DNA of 59,669 bases, counting the filler, from Sphacelaria rigidula (Eukaryota): NCBI GenBank assembly GCA_964200075.2. It is 9 parts of 9 records of this genome, joined end to end, with 100 filler letters (N's around TTAATTAATTAA, not from the genome) between each part and the next. Parts side by side here need not be neighbours in the genome. Positions count along the whole stretch, not along the records: positions 19,926 to 26,466 come from CAXNAA020019455.1; positions 26,567 to 33,107 come from CAXNAA020019456.1; positions 33,208 to 39,748 come from CAXNAA020019457.1; 6 more parts are not named here. One strand, 5' to 3'. This document shows positions 22,728 to 34,406 of this stretch, one piece after another. Below the pieces are notes generated by a model, which saw nothing but the letters and a program-made list of their open reading frames with translations, made no database searches and was not told the origin of the DNA. The translations under genes and the position numbers were made by a program. The number at the start of each line of letters is the position of its first letter. The stretch's first letter is position 1.

Positions 22728-24170
22728 CTGTTGAATGCGAATCAATGCGAAATATCCAACGGGACGATACGAAACACTCAGGAGAAGAGATTTACTCAGT
22801 GTCTCGTACGGCTTTGGTCTGAAACCTTAAAAGGTGAACAATCGTCGTTATCACCACATGAGAGCCACCTGCACGAGCGTTCGAGTTGCGGTTGCGCGCT
22901 GTATGGCCTTCGGTACTGGCGAGCAGGCGAGGGCCGTCTTCAACACGTCTGTTCGTTTCCGCCGCAAAATCACCAAAGCACAAATTGAAAATAAATCAAG
23001 CTTCGGTTTAGTGTGTGCGAAACTGTACGCAGTACACGTTTTGATAATGCAATATTTTGTCCAGAGTACGTCTTTGAGCGTGTCGGAGTGCAGCTGACGA
23101 TATTATCAAGAGCGCGAAGTACACATAAAAAAAAAGCAAAAAAAAAGCGCAAATACTCACGAAAAACAAATAGGGCTGTCCTCGGTTGCCGTATTTGGGA
23201 ATGGTTGCACGATCCGTATCTTGATCATCGCGGTATCGCTGCGCTACACAGTGTGCGGCACTGGCGACGTGAGGTATGGTGCAGATTGATACTATATTTC
23301 CTTGGTTCAGTTCGGAATGACGTATGGTTCGCCGATACTGCGGTGCGGTACGGTACGGGACCGGACGACTACGGCACCTACCGCGACAAAATGAAAATAT
23401 TTTACACGTCGGGTGAGCTACCTCAAATATATCTCATCGAAGAGGCCTCTAAGATCCGTTGTCCACGAACACAATATATGTGACAGCGGGGTCCGAGAAG
23501 GCAAAGCGTTACCCTTGTGCTACTTCTCTTGCTCGGTGTCCAGGACTGTAGAAAGCAAACACGGGAAAATTGACCGAGTGAGCTAGCTCATGATCCGGAC
23601 CAGTACACTATAACAGTAAGAAGCAATATTTAGGTAGAGCTCATAAGGTGTTCGTTGTGTGGAATATTTCGGTCACCACCAGGGGTTGGAAACCTCGGTA
23701 GCGTGCCGCGGTAGTCGCAGTTGTCGGCACATCGTACCTACAACCATGTGAACATCATGTGCGCATTTGTGAGTCAAACAACCAAGCGATCGAAGCCGAA
23801 CGACACTGAAGGATGGCCACCGCGTGGGTACAGAAAAAAACACAGGAGCAATGAAACAACGAACAGCGGACACGGCACGACTGACGACTCTAGCCGCCAC
23901 GTCCCAAGTTCGAACACTGCCTCCACCGTAGCGTGCGTATATGCCCACGTTTTTGTCCAAAGAAAAAGACTTGAAAGAACGAGCGAACGCAACAATACTA
24001 ACCGAAACAACTAAAAGGCTCGTAGCAGCACACGTAAAGAGCAACCCGTGGTGTACGGTTCTTCGTCCCTCCAATCAGCAGCGACAGAGAACAACGTAGC
24101 CCCACCGGTGATGGCAAAAACCCCGGTGTGGTCGCTCCTTGGCCCGCTTTTTGTACAATAGAGATGAAAA

Positions 24171-24598
24171 TCTCTCCAAAACATGTATTTTGGTGATTCC
24201 GCGCCGAAATTATGCTCGAACGCAGGGCTCAGCGGATTCTGCCACCTCGGAAGCTTCGCTTGCTGCACTCTTCGAGAGGATTCAAGTGCACTTTTCCGAT
24301 CGTTCGCGCAGCTCGTTTGGCGTTTTGACTGGGCGAACGCCTCATCTAACAACTTCCCCCCCAAAACCTGTTACTCTATGATTGGTATGTGTTTTGCGGG
24401 GAACTCGAATGTTTTTGTGCCTTGATAACCGTTTGTTCAGTCAAACGCCACATTGGGCGTAGGAAAAATCGGCAAGATGCGCTGCAATACTTTCGGAAAG
24501 TACAGTACAGCGATCTTTCCGAGGTGGCACAATCCGCCAAGCCCGATATTCGCGTAAAATTTGGTGCTGAATCGCCGAAGAAGGCGTTTTTGGATAGA
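24171..24598. mobile_element. Diverged foldback/MITE with about 170-bp inverted arms
   Basis: 24171-24340 aligns to the reverse complement of 24430-24598 (for example GCGGATTCTGCCACCTCGGAA versus TTCCGAGGTGGCACAATCCGC). Confidence 0.75.
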
Positions 24599-26400
24599 CT
24601 CCTGTGCAGCAGAAGACGCAGGCATAGCGCCCTTCTCATCGAACGGGATTTACTCCTTTTTCAAAATCCCCTTTTTCAAAACGATCGCCGACTGGTCGCT
24701 GCGATACCACCCCCCCCCCAAACGTGTGCCCAGAAATACCTTCCTGAGGGGGAATTTCAGGAAGTAAACAAACACTTCCTGAATTCCCCTTTTGAAAGAA
24801 ATATTTCCGGACATTTCGAAGGGTAACACACATGTCCCGTTGACAGGGGCACATGCAAAGGCTCATCACATAACTCAACACAACCAGAGCTGAGCCTGAG
24901 GAACTTGGTGCCCCCGCAATCCAAAAACACACAGCGCGAGCCGTAGCTGCTCATCAGCTGGGCACGTTATGCGTGAACTTGCTCAAATCTGTTCAGTATC
25001 CATTGAGAAATGATGATTCGTGTGAGACGCGCGCGCAGCACACGCGCGCGAACGGCCAGCAACGACACGTTTTCGGTCGTTGTATAGACGCATGCGGCCG
25101 CTTCTCATCCAATACAGAACGGATTTCCGTCAAACAAAGACTGCTGTCGGTAAATTAGCAAAGGGCTAGCGCTGGAACTAATGTGCGTGAGTAGTGGGTG
25201 TCTGTGCGTGTTTTGCCGGGGCTGGGTGTCTAGGTGCTGTGTTGCCTTGTTGTATCTTGTCTATAGAATGACAGAGACGTTGGACTAACGACCACCCTCC
25301 AGACCCGTCGCATTTTTTTACTTGTGTGCAAATCTCGGGTTCGATCTGCACAGAACTGCTTCTCGATAAGACTCAACACTGGTCGTTGTGAGGGCGATTC
25401 TCTTTCAAAAGGGGATGTCCGAAAAGGGTGGAATCCCAATCGATAAGAGCCCGCCTTACGGCCCAGAAAAAAAAACATTTTGAAGGGTATCGGTTGGAGA
25501 AGGTTCCAGAGAATTTCTCGGAAACAGTTTCGTATGAGTCCCTCTTTGGAAAAAAAGGTTATCCGAGATCCGAAGTTGTCTCCACAGGGATGCTTATTCA
25601 GCCTATTCCGTACAGAGAAGATATTGTTCTCGCAGAGATAAAAAATCGTCGGCAAAGGGATTCATCACAACCGTACAGACAGTGCATACATGGAGTACAG
25701 CTGCACACAGAATCAGACAAAGCACACACGAGGTATGGTGTAACTACAGCGCAGTGCAGTCACTACCGCTGTGCAACAGCACAAACACTAATGCAGCGGA
25801 TAGCTGTACAATACATGCGTGCGTCGACAAGCGGCAGAATCACACCGAACGGCGCATGCAGTACAGCACAGTACCGTCGCAAAGACAGCACTTTGAATAA
25901 AAGTACATCCCAGTTACGGCTTGGAATAGTACAGATATGACACATTTGTAGACAACAGATAGTACAGCGGCCGCTACTTCGTTCACCAGATGAATGATGT
26001 ACAGTCTCATGCAGACGGGTGCACTTATCTCGGTGTTGAAAAACAAAACAAAGCCAAAAGCTTGTCAGAGCCATGACAAACGTCTTCGGAGAACGCACTC
26101 ATCCGGACAAGATGTCGGGAATAGGGCACTGCCCGAATGTTCTCCGGAGAATTTTTTCGCACCATACGAAGCGGTCCCCAGGAAACGAAAAAAAAACATG
26201 CGTGGTGAAGACAGAAGTACAACCAACACAGAAAATTTCTCAAAGTGTTGGGGGGAAACAAAATAACGGTGGGGTCGGCTTCGAACCCAAAATTCCGTAG
26301 ATCACAGAGAAAATGCACCCCCCTTAAAATTCATGTACCGTACGTCCATGTGACAAACGAAGGCGCGGTTTTTAGTTTCAATTATCGGCAATCTAGGGAT

Positions 26401-26466
26401 GGGGGGGTGTACTCATGATCGTGCATGCCATAGTCATCAGACCATTGACCTCGCATCCCTACAAAG
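26401..26466 (-). mobile_element. Short retroposon, subfamily A, cut by the contig end
   Basis: Minus strand CTTTGTAGGGATGCGAGGTCAATGGTCTGATGACTATGGCATGCACGATCATGAGTACACCCCCCC. Confidence 0.8.
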
Positions 26467-26566
26467 NNNNNNNNNNNNNNNNNNNNNNNNNNNNNNNNNN
26501 NNNNNNNNNNTTAATTAATTAANNNNNNNNNNNNNNNNNNNNNNNNNNNNNNNNNNNNNNNNNNNN

Positions 26567-29563
26567 CCGACGTCAGCGCCATCGGTACCCCCGGTTGTTT
26601 TCGTATGGACAACGGGGGCGAATTCACCTCCCACGATTTCGGTGCCTTCTGCGACGATGCAACGATTCGTCGTGAATACACTGCCCCAGACACTCCGAAG
26701 AAGACGCTGTCGTGGAAAATGCAATTTGGAGGGTGATGGAGGGGGGCCACGCCGCCCGTCTTGAAGCGCGACGTCTGTTCCCGGAGTGCCGCTTCGACGA
26801 TATACCTCACCTGGGGGAGAACATGGAGCGCCTATGGCTGGAGGCCGCGGTGTGGGCAGCGGATGGGTTCAATCGTTCCGCTACTACTGCGAATCCGGGA
26901 AGACTGTCGCCGTATGAAGTGTTCACCGGCAAGCGCCCGCCGCTACAAATTATGCCGTTTCTTCAACCCGGCATGATGCGGGTCAACCGCCGAGGCAAGA
27001 TGGATGCGCAGTCCGTGGCCTGCCATTACCTCAATAATGGCAGTAACCATTCTTCATCGGCGGTCAAGGTTCTGAAGGCTGCTACCGGTGCCGTCTGCTA
27101 CACCAACAACGTTGTCTGGACGGTACTGCGTGTGCCACTGCAGTCGTCGGCAACGCCGATCATCGGTGGGGACGGGGGCGTTCTCATGTGTTGCTTGCCT
27201 TAGTCGTTTGACCATTGACCACGCATCCCTTTCAAGACGGAGCACCGTTCCTACTCCTAATAGAGACACCTCATCGGTGGAGAGGAGGCCCATTCCATTA
27301 CCGTCGCCGCCGCCGCCGCCGCCGCCGCGCCGTCAGCAGAGCAACATCACGGGACGCCGCTCGCCGGGGGGGGGAATGTCCAAACGCCGCTCGTCGGGGG
27401 GGAGGAGGTTCATGGCAGCACCGCCGCCGCCGTCCACACCGCTGCTCCCGCCAACATATCACACAGTGGAGTTCGAGCCGCCGACTCAGCCGGCACTACC
27501 GCCGCCGTCGCACCCGTCCACTTCGTAGATGCATCGATCGCCGCCGACATCCCCGCCGATCTTCTCCGGCTCTTCGGCCCCGATCCCATCCCCGATACCG
27601 TCAGCATCTTCTTCGACTGCGTCACACGATGCATCATCCGCCCCTGAGGTGATGGACCATTCTTTCTCGCCGCTTCCAATCAACGTGAGGAAGGAGCTGG
27701 ATCTGGAAACAGACCCCCCGCAGTCACGGCGGACGCGGTCAGGGTCGACGCAATACAAGACAGACAAGGCTGCACTCTTGCACCACAGCTGGGGACTCAT
27801 GCAGCTGTTGGATAAGCGATCTTTGCTGTCTGCTCTCCTCACGCGCGGCGTGGTTGATGCTGGGCGACAGGGCAACGGTGGTGAGAAAGGGGGGCGCGGG
27901 GGAATACCGATGTGAATCTTAACGAGGCTGGCGATGCGTGAAGATATAGATACCGCTTTACGTGAGCAGCGCCCGCCGCACATCCCACCGGAACTCCCAC
28001 ATTGTCCAGCAAAGGATCTCAAGTTCCTCAACGGATACACGCAGGCGGTGCGCTCGGAGGACGGAGATTTATGGAGGGACTCGATGGGGCGGGAATGGCG
28101 GGGAATTCCGGAGGCGGGGACGATAGACTCAGCGGAAGAGCAACGTATGGACAACTATATCCATGCAAAGTGGGTATATAACTGGAAGGCGGACGAGTTT
28201 GGATGGCCCACGAAGATGAAGTCGAGACTAGTAGCAAGAGGAGATATGCAGAGGGAAAACATAGATTTTGGAGAGTTGTATGCCCCCACTGTAGCAGTTT
28301 CTAGCGTACGTTTGTTGGCGACTCTGGCTTGTGAGCAAAATCTTGCGTTGCGTCATTTTGATATCGAACAAGCTTTTGTACAGTCTGAGTTGTACGAGGA
28401 CGTTTTCATGCGATTTCCACTTGGTTGTGGTAGCTTATCTGGTAAAATAGTAAGACTCAACAAAAGTTTTGTACGGATTGAAACAGGCAAGTAGGCAGTG
28501 GCATAATCACCTGGCGGAATGTTTATTTATTTTGGGATTTGATCAGTGCTTGGCGGATTCATGTGTGTTTCGGTTGATTGAGGATGGCAGGATGATTATC
28601 ACCATTGTAGTACATGTGGATGATATATTCGCAGTGGGAGAGAAGGACAGATGTGAGGAGTTTGGTAAAAATCTCAACACGATGGTTCCAGTCAAAAATC
28701 TCGGGGATTTGCGTTGGTTTTCTGGACTGTACTATGGGAGAGACATTGCAAGGGGGACTCTGAAATTTTCACAACAAATATACGCAGAAGAGTTGGCGAA
28801 GGAATACGGAGTAGAGTGGGGAAAGAGTATCCCCATCGCTGTTGGTGCGAAGCTTGAAGAGTTCAGTGTAGAAGAGCAGGCAACGGAATTTCCGTTTCGA
28901 GAATTGATAGGGTCACTGATGTGGCTGGCAACTCAAACGAGGCCAGACATATCTAACGCAGTACGTGCAGTAGCGAGGTACTGTGCCTCACCGAAACACC
29001 TTCATTGGCGTGCTGCGCTTGGTATTTTGGGGTATGTTAGGCGAACAATTTTGCTGTGGATTTCGTTTCGCAGAGGAAGTATACAGGGGTTGAGGTTCCA
29101 TGTTTTTGCAGACGCAGACTACGCAAGTAAGGCAGCTGATAGGCGGTCGGTATCAGGAGGGCTAGTCATGTGTGGAGGTGGATGTGTGTCTTGGTTTTCA
29201 AGGACTCAGAAGTGTGTGACGCCGTCCACAACGGAAGCAGAGTACCTTGCGATGACAGATATTCTGAAGGAGGTATTGTTTTTGAGACAGATTTGGCGTT
29301 TCATATTGCCGCAGATGGGAATGCTATGCATCCCAGTGTTTGAGGATAATCAGGGAGCTATTCAGTTGGCAAAGAACCCAATCACGAACTCCAACTCCAA
29401 GCACATCGACGTACGGCACCATTTTATCAGGGAATTGGTTGGGAGGAAAGCGGTTTCGGTTACTCACGTGAGATCAGAGTATCAACATGCCGATTTTCTC
29501 ACTAAAGTGTTGCCGACAGAGCCTTTTGAGTTTCACCGTAATATTGTCATGAACATCATGTAG
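26567..29563 (+). pseudogene. Ty1/Copia pol (integrase - RT - RNase H), frameshifted
   Basis: Integrase FRMDNGGEFTS...REYTAPDTP and LWLEAAVWAADGFNRS...SPYEVFTGKRP. RT AKWVY...KSRLVARG...RHFDIEQAF...(frameshift ~28468)...LYGLKQASRQW...IVVHVDDI. RNase H FADADYA...RRSVSG...EAEY...EDNQGAI...KHIDVRHHFIRE...ADFLTK. IN-RT-RH order is diagnostic of Copia. Confidence 0.97.
27181..27272 (-). mobile_element. Short retroposon, subfamily B, inserted in the Copia IN-RT linker
   Basis: Near-identical to 13361-13455. Flanked by CATCGGTGGGGACGGGGG (27161-27178) and CATCGGTGGAGAGGAGG (27272-27288). Confidence 0.85.
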
Positions 29564-29696
29564 AGTCTGCAAGACACTGGTATATTGGGTTGGTCTGAGC
29601 TGGTTTGATTTGTTTTCGGGGATATTTATCCATCCCGGGGAAGTAGGGGTACGAGGCCATGGTTGCAATATTTTCAATTTTGCAATGAATTATTTT

Positions 29697-29965
29697 ATCT
29701 TCGATGGGTACAACCGGATTTGATTTGTTATTGCAAGCAAAAATATTTTTCAATGGTTTCTGGTGTTGGATTTCGGTCTTCAACGGGTTCGACCGCATTT
29801 GATTTTTTGTTGCAGCAAATATAATATTTTTCAATGGTTTTTGGTGTTGGATTTCGGTCTTCAACGGGTTCGACCGGATTTGATTTTTTGTTCCAGCAAA
29901 TAAAATATTGTTCAATGGTTTTTGGTGTTAAATTTCAGTCTTCGACGGGTACGACCGGATTTTTT
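29697..29965 (+). repeat. 81-bp tandem repeat, about 3.3 copies, in the Copia 3' region
   Basis: CAATGGTTT.TGGTGTT recurs at 29751, 29832 and 29913. Confidence 0.92.
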
Positions 29966-30646
29966 TTTCTACATGAGTGGATCTTCATGAGGGACCACGC
30001 CCCTTTTTGGCAGTGCACTTTTCTGGGTTGTCCCGGAAGGTGCAGGGAGACGGCATTTGCTGGAGGTAGGGGGCTGAGCACAAAGCGACCAGAGTGCTAA
30101 CGGCCTTCATCATCGATCGACACAGGTTTTTCGGAGATCGCCAAGATTTTAGGCGTTTATGTGGGCTTATGCACCTGGCGCTTGGCATTTTCCGATAATG
30201 AAGCGGCTACATTTTTGCTCCGAACCTTCACGTTGCAAGAACGCCGAACATTTCGGATCGCAGCACAGCACTCCGCAGAGCTACCCTGGGCGCACGCCGT
30301 GGCGCTCGCGGGCACGCGACAGCCCTCGGGAACCTTGCTAGTGACACTCTGGGCTATGTGATGGAATAAGAAGCACCGCGGGTTGGCGGTATCCATCTCC
30401 TTAGACGGGGTGTGCCCCGGCAGCGGTGTTGGAGCTGTTGGTGTCAAGCACGGTGGTCGTCGTTTGCAGTCATACACACTTTCGAACTGAAGAACAGAAT
30501 TATTCCAGTAATAACTGCCTGCTTGTCTGCGGTGCTGTTACGAGTATACGCTACGGCACCGTCTGTAAAGCCTAAGACCGGTGTTTACATTAGGTGTATC
30601 CGCGCATACAACCGACCGAAAGCAAACATGCTGCAATATTCGCACC

Positions 30647-30855
30647 GGGGGGGAGTTTGTGTTTAAACTCATGTGTGCTGCTGCAACTAATTGAATGCAC
30701 GTAATTCCAGGCACTCCGGGAGGTCCTCCACGATGGCCCAGAGGGGGTCAATCGGGTAGAAGCCCGTAGGCAGAATCCTTGATGTATATTTATTCATTGA
30801 TGCTTATTATATATTGACGAACTGGAACAGACTGGAACGAAGTGGCACGAACACA
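30647..30855 (+). mobile_element. Polypurine tract and candidate 3' LTR (30658-30855) of the Copia element
   Basis: GGGGGGGAG, then TT, then TGTGTT. The inverted AACACA is at 30850-30855. The 5' LTR is off the contig, so this cannot be confirmed. Confidence 0.55.
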
Positions 30856-32320
30856 ACAACAACTACAACAACGGAATACTGTGGGGAAACCCAACCGCGC
30901 ACATCGGCAAAACTCATCTCTCTTCCCAGCCATCAATCACACGAGCGCAACATAACCACACATCCTATAATTGCGTCAAACACCATAATCTTACATGGAC
31001 ACACAAAGTACCATAATCGTGGTTGTTGCTACACACCACAAGCGACCGTGCCTACACCAGGAATTATCATGTGTCACACGAGAGATATTCTCATTTTTTC
31101 GCCCAATTTAACCGTCGCAGACAGTACCTGCACTTATTGACCGTTTATACCCGATCCTCAACCGAGGTACATACCCGATCCTCAATCGAGGTACAAACAC
31201 ACTCCAGGCAAATCCAATCAACCATGTATATCAAACTTGAGTGTGAGTATATTCGATTAGCGCCATCCCGAGAGAGCCGGTAGATCACACCCTAGCCTAT
31301 CAGACTGCCCCTCCCCCCCCGTCTCACAGAAAGGTTGCGAGAAAGATGTTTACTCAAGACGTGAACGCTATACAGGGGCAGGTATCGTAACCCTGTCCTT
31401 TATTTAGCCGGGGAAGGCAAGGAACCGACGATATCGGCACCACCTGAAGCAGATATGGAACATCAACAGTACGTACATGTACATAATAATGAGCCGTCGG
31501 GATCTCTCCTAAATTTGAGAACCCCCTTGAGAAAACATCACTTCGATAGTGCATGAGTGGCCTGCCCAAGTTAATAACTGAGAGCAGTTTTTTCCACATG
31601 TGTTCGCGTTCGTAATGCGCAAAATTAGGGAAGGTGTTGATCATGCGGTAGTTTGACTCATGGGGAACAGCGTGAGATGGAAAAGCGTAAGATCAAATAT
31701 ATTGTTCCGAGGTCGTTGGTAGAAAATGCGGCGGATTACCCGATGCGAAACGATGTTGTACGGATTGATCTTCAGAACGGTGTTTTTCTCATTTTTCTTC
31801 TCAAAGTGACAAGGGACAGACGTAGAGTTGTCTTCAGGTGTGCTGTGCGTCCTCGATTGGAAGAGACAATGGACATTTTCGTAGCTCTCGGAGGAGGAGC
31901 TGATGGAGGTGCACGTCCGCACCCCTCGCCCCTCTGAGATCAGTGTGTATGTCTTATTTTCTCTTATGCCGATGGTATTCAACATTCATGGTGATTAAGA
32001 TATCTACATATACCTCCGTTTGATCGATTTCCATTTCGACAACTGGAGTTGTGAGAGCTGCCTCTTTCTTTCTGATTAAGCGGTTGGTGCTGCTTGAACC
32101 AGTGTGTACTTCAACTATATCGACAACGTACTCCCCGGAGGGCCAAAAACATAAATAGTATGAAAAGCAGTTCACATCTTCTATATTTCCCCTCTCAATG
32201 CGCGTGTACCGTAAATGCGCGTTACCCCCCCGAGCACGTCCTACACAAGTACATAAATACCTACATGTTGGAAACAACTGCATGCTGTTGTGGGTTTTTG
32301 TCTTGGGCTACTTGATGCAG

Positions 32321-32667
32321 ACGCGGCCATTTGGCTGCCCCCAAAATTCCTCCAGGTTGGCCAACTTTTCGAGCCCCCAGAGGAATTAAACGCCGCCGGA
32401 GGGGTGCGTGGCTCTCCAGAGGAGATTTTTCTGCTTCCTCCAAAGGGATTGAACGCCTCCGGCGGCTTGTTTGTGCCTCTGGAGGGTCGCGCATCTCTCC
32501 GCAGGCATTTTTCTACCCCCAAATTCCTCCCGAGGGGTGCGCGGCCCTCCAGGTCGGTAGTGTTTGGTTTCCTCCAAAGGGATTGAAAGCCTGCGGGGGC
32601 TTGTTTTGCTTCTGGGGGGCCGCGGATCCCTCCAGGGGCATTTTGGGGGGTGGCCAAATGGCCGCGT
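32321..32667. mobile_element. MITE with about 26-bp imperfect TIRs
   Basis: ACGCGGCCATTTGGCTGCCCCCAAAAT versus ATTTTGGGGGGTGGCCAAATGGCCGCGT. Internal CTCCA(G/A)AGG motifs. TSD unclear. Confidence 0.8.
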
Positions 32668-32747
32668 ATGTGGTCGTGGTTGGAGACGATCCCCAACCAA
32701 GACGATCCCCTGCGACGGCAACCTTCGACGAGAGATACAATAAACAG

Positions 32748-33032
32748 CACAGCTCGGAAATGATACCGGTTAGAACTGGGCATTATCATTACAATGGTTA
32801 TAATGGTAATGGTGAGATGAACATTTTGAAATATGTTTTCAAACTAGTATTTACTGTTACCGGCTTTAAGCCGTTACCGGCTACGTATGCGACATACAGC
32901 TCTTGAAAGTTGGCCCAAACTCAGCGTATTTTCAAGCTCTAGTGCAGTCGAATCGCGTTAAAATTTACCAACGGTGCGCTAAGCGTAACCGTTCAACTGG
33001 TTAATGGTTAGACAAACCATTTCCAAGCTCTG
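32748..33032. mobile_element. MITE with 15-bp imperfect TIRs and apparent 5-bp TSD
   Basis: CACAGCTCGGAAATG ... CATTTCCAAGCTCTG, with AACAG directly on both flanks (32743-32747 and 33033-33037). Confidence 0.65.
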
Positions 33033-34406
33033 AACAGCTAACAAACAGGGTTGCCAGAAAAATGAGAAGGTGTTTTGAAATGAGAATCAACCGCTCCCCG
33101 GGATTGTNNNNNNNNNNNNNNNNNNNNNNNNNNNNNNNNNNNNNNNNNNNNTTAATTAATTAANNNNNNNNNNNNNNNNNNNNNNNNNNNNNNNNNNNNN
33201 NNNNNNNGGGGGGGTAACACGGAGACTAGCACCCCCACCTTACAACTCTAGCGATACTCCCTAGCTCTACTCCTCGTGCCCATTTTGTACTGTTACCAAG
33301 ATCGTGTTTCTCTTCTAATCTTTACAGCCTCCCTTCCTCCCTCTTGTTCCTTCTGTGCTTTTGGTCCTCATCCTTTTTTTTCCCCTCTCTGGGCTGCATG
33401 ACTATCTGTCTCGCTCTTGTAGGGCTGACGGGTGGCATTTCCTGCCCAACTACAGTGGTTGAACTTGAACCGAAACACTTTCGATTGACAGTGAATTTTT
33501 CTCAGGTATCTCGGTTACCACGACTCATCACGATTTCTGTTCTTTCATTCTAAACTTCGGGAATCGGGAGGCATAGTACCAAACACGATTTCCGACCAAA
33601 TATTTACATATTTCTACTATCAGTTTGGACCGAGATACGGGCTCACCGATCTTTGGGGGTCCTACGAGTGTACAGCCCCCGGTTCTCGCTCTTCGACATT
33701 TTCGCTCGACCGAAGCGATTCGGATCGTTTTTATGAACACCCCCTCGAAAAACGGGGTTCTACTCCGCATCGTTGCCACAACACGATATTGGGAAATGTG
33801 GTCTAAGGACGGCCCGCCTCTTTTTCCAACGCCTAGTGACTCTCAAACTCTCGAGTGAAGGTGACAAACCGTCTGTGAAAAATCTCGATTGGGTAAATGC
33901 CATATTTAAAGTTTGACCGTGATTCCCGGATAGCTGAATTTATACGGCCTCGTTACGTGCGAGCCCTGTCAAGGTCTTGTCGCGACTGTTCTCGGAGTCA
34001 CATCCAGATCTTCGCCGTCTCGTTTTCCACCCCCGGTTGGATATGTTGTCTTGTTTGTTCTCTCATTTGCCCGCTTCTGCTTCTCGAATTTCCGTCAGCC
34101 AGTATTGCCGTTCATTTGTTTTGGGGAACGTTCATCTTGTCGCCATTATTAGACTGGATTCGTGGTAGATTATATAATGTACGACAACCAATCAAGTCCA
34201 CTCAATTCTGCTCCACGTATCTTTTCCTGTGTAAGTCACTGGGATTAGTTAGCAGATAGACCACCATATGTCGAGTTATTCGATACACATGTATATACAT
34301 ATATACAGGGATATGTTGAATTAGCTGCACCGACACGGGGTAGGCATGCAGTACAACACGATTGCCAGCTCTTTGCATAATGCAACAACCACGGTGATTT
34401 GCCCAC

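Noticed and set aside
23514..24140. Possible upstream exons of the SET gene
   Set aside because: Splice-like sites exist but the peptides lack SET-N or MYND motifs, so they cannot be supported.
26270..26290. GGTTCGAA B-box-like motif on the minus strand
   Set aside because: No cloverleaf or A-box can be built around it.
29697..29965. Regular repeats resembling a CRISPR array
   Set aside because: Whole 81-bp units repeat with no unique spacers, there are no cas genes, and the context is eukaryotic.
31354..31985. Minus-strand ORFs with FYQRPRN, faintly like a Penelope RT C-terminus
   Set aside because: No RT catalytic or GIY-YIG motifs seen; the resemblance is too weak.
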